Positions 36,350-42,854 of a stretch of 42,854 nt of DNA are shown here, one piece after another. How positions within the stretch are numbered: position 1 is the first letter of the stretch; each line of letters begins with the position of its first letter. The notes below the pieces were generated by a model that saw only the letters and a program-made list of their open reading frames with translations, had not been told where the DNA came from and made no database searches. The stretch is taken from contig JAQGDQ010001393.1 of NCBI GenBank assembly GCA_030141605.1, positions 1-42,854 of the forward strand, written 5' to 3'. Source of the DNA: Tubiluchus corallicola (lineage: Eukaryota; Animalia; Priapulida). The position numbers and the translations under genes were made by a program.

Positions 36350-37340
36350 TTTGATGTGGTGTGGTGGTGGTGGTGGTGGTGTGCTTTGTGTGTTGTGCTA
36401 TGGATGGTGTGGTGGGGTGATAGGGTGTGTGGGGTGTGGTGTGGGTAGTGTGGTATGGAGTGGGTGGCGTGGTGTGTGGGTGGGTGTTGTGGTGCGGTGT
36501 GGTGTTATGGTGTGGTGCAGTGCGGTGTGATGTGGTGGAGTATTATGGTGTGGGTGGTGTGGTGTGTGGGTGGTGCGGTGTGGTGTGGTGCAGTGGTATG
36601 GTGTGGTGCAGTGTGGTGTGATGTGGTGGAGTCGTATGGTGTGGTTGGTGTGGTGTGGTATGTGGGTCGTGCGGTGTGCTGCAGTGGTATGTTGTGGTGC
36701 GGTGTGGTGTGATGTGGTGGAGTGGTATGGTGTGGGTGGTGTGGTGTGTAGTGGGTGGGTGGTGTGGTGCAGTGTGGTGTTATGGTGTGGTGCTGTGCGG
36801 TGTGATGTGGTGGAGTATTATGGTGTGGGTGGTGTGGTGTGGTGTGTGGGTGGTGCGGTGCAGTGGTATGGTGTGGTGCAGTGTGGTGTGATGTGGTGGA
36901 GTCGTATGGTGTGGGTGGTGTGGTGTGGTGTGTGGGTGGTGCGGTGTGCTGCAGCGGTATGGTGTGGTGCGGTGTGGTGTGTAGGTGGGTGGGTGGTGTG
37001 GTGCAGTGTGGTGTTATGGTGTGGTGCTGTGTGGTGTGGTGCAGTGTGGTGTTATGGTGTGGTGCTGTGCGGTGTGATGTGGTGGAGTATTATGGTGTGG
37101 GTGGTGTGGTGTGTGGGTGGTGCAGTGGTATGGTGTGGTGCAGTGTGGTGTGATGTGGTGGAGTGGTATGGTGTGGGTTGTGTGGTGTGTAGGTGGTATG
37201 GTGTGGTGTGGGTGGTGTGGTGGGTGGGTGGTGTGGTGCAGTGTGGTGTTATGGTGTGGTGCTGTGCGGTGTGATGTGGTGGAGTGGTATGGTGTGGTGC
37301 AGTGTGGTGTGATGAGGTGGAGTGGTGTGGTGTGGGTTTT
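36350..37340. repeat. (GTGTG/GTG)-type G/T-rich minisatellite, expanded copy 2
   Basis: Direct reading; source of the W/V/C/G ORFs. Confidence 0.95.
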
Positions 37341-38038
37341 GTGTTGATTTGTGCACAAAATTCTTTTTGTGGGGTTTGGCTAGTCTCTTATATTAATATT
37401 CTTGGTATATATATATATATTTATTTATTTATATATATATAAGATTCGAGGCTACAGCCCGGACGAGGGCACCATTTGCGGCGATCTATATATCAAACGA
37501 AAGGTCTCGATCTAGTGTCGTGCCATTGATGGTTTATTTTTCGAATGGGGCCCACCGGGAGAAGGGGGAGGCGAAAAACCTCCAAAAATGGCCCTTTTTC
37601 GGCCGTTTTTTGCAAAAGTTATACGGCTGAGATGTAGAGAACGGGAACGGGCCGAGGGTGGTGCTGGGTATGGATAGATAGCCCGTTCAGCGGTGGGTGT
37701 AGTAGGCATATTTAGAATTCCCGAGAGGGCCACGGCGTCCCGTAACGGGCGTTTTCCCGGACCCAACTCGCGATTTTTTCGAAATTTTGACCAAACAGCC
37801 TGCGGGAAAAACGTTCTAGCGTCGCCCAGTGGGACTCTCGGAGATATATAGCTCATCAGAAAGAGGAAGAATAGGGCTACACGATGATGTGGGCTATATG
37901 TTAGGGCAGGTCCACCGAGAGGAGTACTGGCGAGTTAATTAGAGGTTCCATTTTCGGCAATTTTCGCTTAAGAAACTGCTGACGCAAAGGCATTGTTGTG
38001 ACGTCATCCATTGTACTCTGCTGTAATCTTATAACTTT

Positions 38039-38117
38039 AATTCAGCAAAAAGCTGCTACGCTGCTGTAATTCAGCAAAAAGCTGCTGCGCTGCTGTAATT
38101 CAGTAAAAGCTGCTACG
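38039..38117. repeat. 29-bp tandem repeat (~2.7 copies) within Helitron core
   Basis: AATTCAGCAAAAAGCTGCTRCGCTGCTGT; single copy in the other elements. Confidence 0.85.
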
Positions 38118-38134
38118 GGCTTTGTGTTAAAAAT

Positions 38135-38153
38135 GAGAGAGAGAGAAACACAC

Positions 38154-38186
<33 letters not shown>

Positions 38187-38351
38187 AAGAGAGAGAGAGA
38201 AAGAGAGAAAGAGAGCAAGAGAGAGAGAGCGAAAAAGAGGGAGAGAGAGAGAGAGAAAGAGAGCGAGGGAGAGAAAAAGAGGAAGAGAGAGAGAGAGAAA
38301 GAGTAAGAGAGAGAGAGAGTAAGAGAGAGAGAAAGACATAGAGAAACAGAA

Positions 38352-38447
<96 letters not shown>

Positions 38448-38533
38448 CGAGGGAGAGAAAAAGAGGAAGAGAGAGAGAGAGAGAAAGAGTAAGAGAGAGA
38501 GAGAGAAAGAGTAAGAGAGAGAGAGAGAAAGAC

Positions 38534-38575
<42 letters not shown>

Positions 38576-38679
38576 TGAGAGAGGAAGAGAGAGAGTGAGA
38601 GAGGAAGAGAGAGGGATAGAGAAAGAGAGAGAGTGAGAGAAAAAAAGAGAAAGAGACCAAGTGAGAAAGAGAGCAAGAC

Positions 38680-38731
<52 letters not shown>

Positions 38732-38759
38732 AGAGACCAAGTGAGAAAGAGAGCAAGAC

Positions 38760-38806
<47 letters not shown>

Positions 38807-38807
38807 A

Positions 38808-38850
<43 letters not shown>
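38135..38850. repeat. Compound (GA)n tract
   Basis: Direct reading. Confidence 0.97.
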
Positions 38851-38853
<3 letters not shown>

Positions 38854-39941
38854 CTGCGTAAAGATGAATCACAGTCGCCCCCCCCCCCCTAATTTTTTTG
38901 GTGCACGACGCCCCTGGTCCTGATGACATATTTTGGTTTCGGTGTCGTCGAGATAAAGGGTAACTGACAAAATATCACTTCAAAATCGATTCACTTCAGC
39001 CTATAATTCCTATTTTAGAGGACAAGTTTGAAAAGACTTGATGTTCGATCACCTCCACATTCGAGTTTAATTAACCAGTCAACGCAGATGTAAAATTCAA
39101 GTTTAACGCTTTTACACGTTCCCATAGGTAATGGATATGATTTAACATCAGAGCATATGGAGAGTGCACATTCTCTCGAATCGACCTCCTTTTTACATTT
39201 TATTGCTCTGCTGCTGCAGTTACCTAACCGTTAGCACTTTATCCAATGCGTTTTGATTAATCAATGAATATAATAATTTGAACGTAGCATGATTAATGTA
39301 CAAAATTATTGTTGCATAATGCATTAAGTGTTTTATGAATTAGGTAGCTCATAATAACATTTATGAGCAACTGAATAGGCCAGTTGCAGACTAACACAGC
39401 AACTACTGCATAACAATTTATCAAAATTATCATTACTGTTACTGTGTTCCTTTTAAAAAAATCATCAAAATCGTTCATGACCAAACTTCGTTTATTACAA
39501 ATATTAATTCAGAGTGTGTTCCTAAAGTTCTTTGGCTATTGTCGTAAAAACATTTTAAACAAACCGCGTTTATAAGTGATTTCCATGTTCGATTCTCAAG
39601 CGTACGAAACTCAGAATTTAAAGTTTAAACACAGCTATTGTAAGGCCCGCAGTCTTAATTTCTTTAAATTCTGTTTTTTAATTACATCAGTTGCAAATTT
39701 CTTATTAACAACGTCGTGTCTTTTTACAATTCAACGGATTAGCACTGAACCACATTACACTGCCGTTAAAGTACACATTCGGATTGGAAGTGACACACTC
39801 GCGTTGGAGTACACACTATAAAAATTTCCGCTGCTCAATATCTGAAACGCGACGTGTACTGTAACGACCGCGTAACGAGAACAATTAAGCGTGTACGTTA
39901 ACGTCCGTGTAACAATTCAGTCGTCTTAATCCCTGGGTAGC

Positions 39942-39972
39942 TATAAAAATCTGTAGCCACCAAACTTTCAGC
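39942..39972 (+). promoter_or_regulatory. Candidate TATA box + initiator for the poly-Q ORF
   Basis: TATAAAA 39942-39948, TCAG with A at 39970 (28 nt later), then CAAAATG; second TATAAAA at ~39817. Confidence 0.5.
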
Positions 39973-39983
39973 CTACTTTCAAA

Positions 39984-40523
39984 ATGCGTTTCACATGGAC
40001 GTTAGTTTTTGGCATTCTGTGTCTTTTTCTCGGAGTTTCCTTTGTGTTCGGAGGAAAAACTTCACAGATGTTACACAGAATGGAAGCACTACAATTGAAT
40101 TGCAATAGACGAGAACAGCAAGAAGAACAGCAACATTTACAACAACAGCAAGAGGAACAGCAGCAACAGCAAGAACAACAACAACTACAGCAAGAACAGC
40201 AAGAACAACAACAACAGCAGCAACTACAGCAAGAACAACAACAACAACAGCAGCAAGAACAACAACAAGCACAAAACCAACAACAAATTCTACAATTCAT
40301 GGCACACATGCAAATACAACTTGAAAGAATTTCACGCATACAACAACAGCAACAGCAACAATTACAACAGCAACAATTACAGCAACAGCCACAACAGCAA
40401 CAGCAACAACAGCAAAACCCCAGAAACAGACAGTACAGACGATACAGGCAACGGCCGTATTTTCCAGAAAGACGGCGCCAAACCAGAAATTGCATAATTT
40501 ACAATTTCTACAACTCGCAATGA
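39984..40523 (+). CDS. Putative secreted poly-Gln/Glu protein with Arg/Tyr/Pro-rich C-terminus (orphan), 179 aa
   Basis: caaaATG; signal-peptide-like MRFTWTLVFGILCLFLGVSFVFG; mixed CAA/CAG/GAA codons in one uninterrupted frame; non-repetitive linkers; ATTAAA at 40682-40687. Confidence 0.65.
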   Translation: MRFTWTLVFGILCLFLGVSFVFGGKTSQMLHRMEALQLNCNRREQQEEQQHLQQQQEEQQQQQEQQQLQQEQQEQQQQQQLQQEQQQQQQQEQQQAQNQQQILQFMAHMQIQLERISRIQQQQQQQLQQQQLQQQPQQQQQQQQNPRNRQYRRYRQRPYFPERRRQTRNCIIYNFYNSQ

Positions 40524-40719
40524 GGCAGGAGCCCAAACACCAGTACGCTGTCAGTGAGGACACCAAAGCTGTGACGAAGTACACCACTTCTGCATAAAAT
40601 AACCAACCGGCCCTTTTCAGGGCCACAAAATCTATCCGAAAGAAAATTTTGATTTTGCAACAATTCAACTTTCCCCTAATTATTAAAATTTAATTTTAAA
40701 CATAAATTCAAACAGAAAG

Positions 40720-41853
40720 CAAAAGACAGAGAAAGAGAGCGAGAGAGAGAGGAAGTGAGAGAAGGCTAATTTGGCTGGACTATTTGGAGAGGTGCTTTGA
40801 AAACAGAATTAGTTGACGAAGAGTTCGAGGAGAGATGTATGTATGTGTCTGAAACAGAGAAACGAAGAGAGAGAGTGAGTAAAAGAGCGAAAGAGACAGA
40901 AAAAAAGAGGGACAGAGTGAGAGAAAAAAAGAGAAAGAGACCAAGTGAGACAGAGCGAAAAAGAGAGAGAGGCTGAGAGAAAGACAGAGAGAGAGAGAAA
41001 GAGGGAGAGTGAGAGAAGAAGAGAGAGGAACAGAGAGGGAGAAAGACAGAGAGAGAGAGAGGGGGGAAGAGAGCGAAAAAGAGGGAGGGAGAGAGCGAAA
41101 AGGAGGGAGAGAAAGAAAGAGAGAGAGAGAGAGAAAGCGAAAGAGTGAGAGAAGGCTAATTTGGCTGGACTATTTGGAGAGGTGCCTTGAAAACAGAATT
41201 AGTTGACTAAGAGTTCGAGGAGAGATGTATGTATGTGTCTGAAACAGAGAAACGAAGAGAGAGAGAGAGTGAGTGAGTAAAAGAGAGTAAGAGAAAGCGA
41301 GCAAGACCAAGAAAGCGAGAAAGAGACAGAAAAAAAGAGGGATAGAGAAAGACAGAGAGAGAGAGTGAGAGAAAAAAAGAGAAAGAGACCAAGTGAGAAA
41401 GAGAGACAGAGCGAAAAAGAGGGAGGGAGAGAGAAAAAGAGAGAGAGGCTGAGAGAAAGACAGAGAGAGAGAGAAAGAGGGAGAGTGAGAGAAGAAGAGA
41501 GAGGAACAGAGAGGGAGAAAGACAGAGACAGAGAGAGAGGGGAAGAGAGAAAGAGAGAGGGAAAGACAGAGAGAGAGCGAAAAAGAGGGAGCGAGAGAGC
41601 GAAAAAGAGGGAGAGAAAGAAAGAGAGCGAGAGAGAGAGTAAGAGAGAGACTGAGAGAGAGAGAGAAAGCGAAAGAGAGAGCGAGAGAGAGAAAAAGAGA
41701 GAGAGCGAAAAAGAGGGAGAGAAAGAGAGAGAGAGTGAGAGAGGAAGTGAGAGAAGGCTAATTTGGCTGGACTATTTGGAGAGGTGCCTTGAAAACAGAA
41801 TTAGTTGACTAAGAGTTCGAGGAGAGATGTATGTATGTGTCTGAAACAGAGAA

Positions 41854-41892
<39 letters not shown>

Positions 41893-41926
41893 CAGAGAGA
41901 GAGAGTGAGTAAAAGAGCGAAAGAGA

Positions 41927-41963
<37 letters not shown>

Positions 41964-42510
41964 AGAGAGAAAGCGAGAAAGAGAGAGAGAAAAAAAGAGG
42001 GATAGAGAAAGACAGAGAGAGAGAGTGAGAGAAAAAAAGAGAAAGAGACCAAGTGAGAAAGAGAGCAAGAGAGAGAGAGAGACAGAGCGAAAAAGAGGGA
42101 GGGAGAGAGAAAAAGAGAGAGAGGCTGAGAGAGAAAAAGAGTGAGGGAGAGAGCGAAAAAGAGGGAGAGAGAGAAAGAGAGCGAGAGAGAGAGTGAGACA
42201 GAGCGAAAAAGAGGGAGGGAGAGAGAAAAAGAGAGAGAGGCTGAGAGAGAAAAAGAGTGAGGGAGAGAGCGAAAAAGAGGGAGAGAGAGAAAGAGAGCGA
42301 GAGAGAGAGTGAGAGTGAGAGAGAGAGTAAGAGAGAGACTGAGAGAAAGACAAAGAGAGAGAAAAAGCGAAAGAGAAAGAGAGAGAGAGAAAGAGAGCGA
42401 GAGAGAGACCAAGTGAGCAAGAGAGAGGAGAGCAAAAAAGAGGGAGAGAGAGAGAGAGGGAGAGAAAAAGAGGAAGAGCGAGAGAGAGAGTGAGAGAAAG
42501 AGAGAGAGCA
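40720..42510. repeat. Compound (GA)n tract with three embedded ~95-bp unique units
   Basis: AGGCTAATTTGGCTGGACTATTTGGAGAGGTG...ATGTATGTATGTGTCTGAAACAG at ~40763, ~41153, ~41755. Confidence 0.93.
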
Positions 42511-42854
42511 TCACTAACATGACATTTTTATTCCACACAAATATAACGTTTCGAACAATAATTAATGGAGTTCTTATAGGAAAGCTTTTCAGAAAGAGGA
42601 AGAACTGGACTACATGATGACGTGGGTAACTCAGGAACACTACGACCACAGGTAACAATGTTGGAAATAATTGTACGTTTCACTTCAGGTTCCTTACTTA
42701 CAAAGCTGCATGGTGTGGCTGATGTGGTGTGGGTAATGCGGTGCGGTGGTATGGTGTGGGTGGTGTAGTGTAGGTTGTGTGTTCATTTATGCGCAAATTT
42801 TTTTGCGGGTTTCGCTAGTTAAAAATATTAATTCTAACATTAAAAGAATATTAT

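Larger units (their letters stand above)
34540..37383 (+). mobile_element. Composite non-autonomous Helitron with internal duplication and two internal degenerate 3' ends
   Basis: A|TCTACTATTATATTAAT start; core homologous to the 24.4-26.6 kb copies; internal hairpin + CTAT at 35352-35355 and 36185-36188; distal CACAAAA..TTTTGTG hairpin + CTAG at 37380-37383. Confidence 0.82.
37384..42818 (+). mobile_element. Putative large composite Helitron (core 37384-38130; GA tracts; unique cargo; 3' end at 42818)
   Basis: Starts TC directly after the CTAG of the previous element; no family terminus seen until CGCAAATTTTTTTGCG + GGTTTCG + CTAG|T at 42792-42819; 42591-42627 resembles the core (AGAAAGAGGAAGAA..GGACTACATGATGACGTGGG). 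Each end is well supported; that they form one unit is inferred. Confidence 0.55.

Noticed and set aside
35585-37358. Many W/V/C/G-rich and H/T/P-rich ORFs
   Set aside because: Translations of the GTG minisatellite, open in several frames at once.
39968-40495. Poly-Cys ORF (175 aa, minus strand)
   Set aside because: Antisense shadow of the CAA/CAG codons; the plus frame has the signal peptide, start context and promoter.
38039-41860. Repeat-spacer patterns reminiscent of CRISPR (29-bp repeats; 95-bp anchors)
   Set aside because: Eukaryotic context, no unique spacers, no cas genes.
38042-42658. Long SL-repeat and ER-repeat ORFs
   Set aside because: Translations of (GA)n tracts.

Overview
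AT-rich animal (invertebrate-like) nuclear DNA, dense in transposable elements. Three candidate genes: (1) an 11-coding-exon minus-strand gene (15658..1821, 493 aa, all GT-AG, phases close) for a compact type II membrane CPED1-like protein (cadherin-like sandwich + PC-esterase/SGNH domain, GDST motif), which the ORF track shows only in scraps; (2) an intronless minus-strand HNK-1ST/CHST8-14-family carbohydrate sulfotransferase (33163..32072) whose last ~16 codons and stop lie in a LINE relic; (3) an intronless orphan ORF (39984..40523) with signal peptide, poly-Q/E body and Arg/Tyr/Pro-rich tail, preceded by a TATA/Inr promoter. The most structured mobile DNA is a non-autonomous Helitron family (5'-TC ... 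CGCAAAA/TTTTGCG hairpin ... CTAG-3') forming a head-to-tail array (24416..26629) and composite elements (34540..37383, 37384..42818); the last one brackets the poly-Q gene. Also present: a 340-bp TSD-flanked bipartite RTE-derived element with a highly structured 5' RNA, a tRNA-derived SINE, a near-complete CR1/L2-group LINE, several decayed LINEs, Academ-, MULE- and CaRF-like relics, and many micro/minisatellites. All family calls come from motif recognition by eye; no searches were run.
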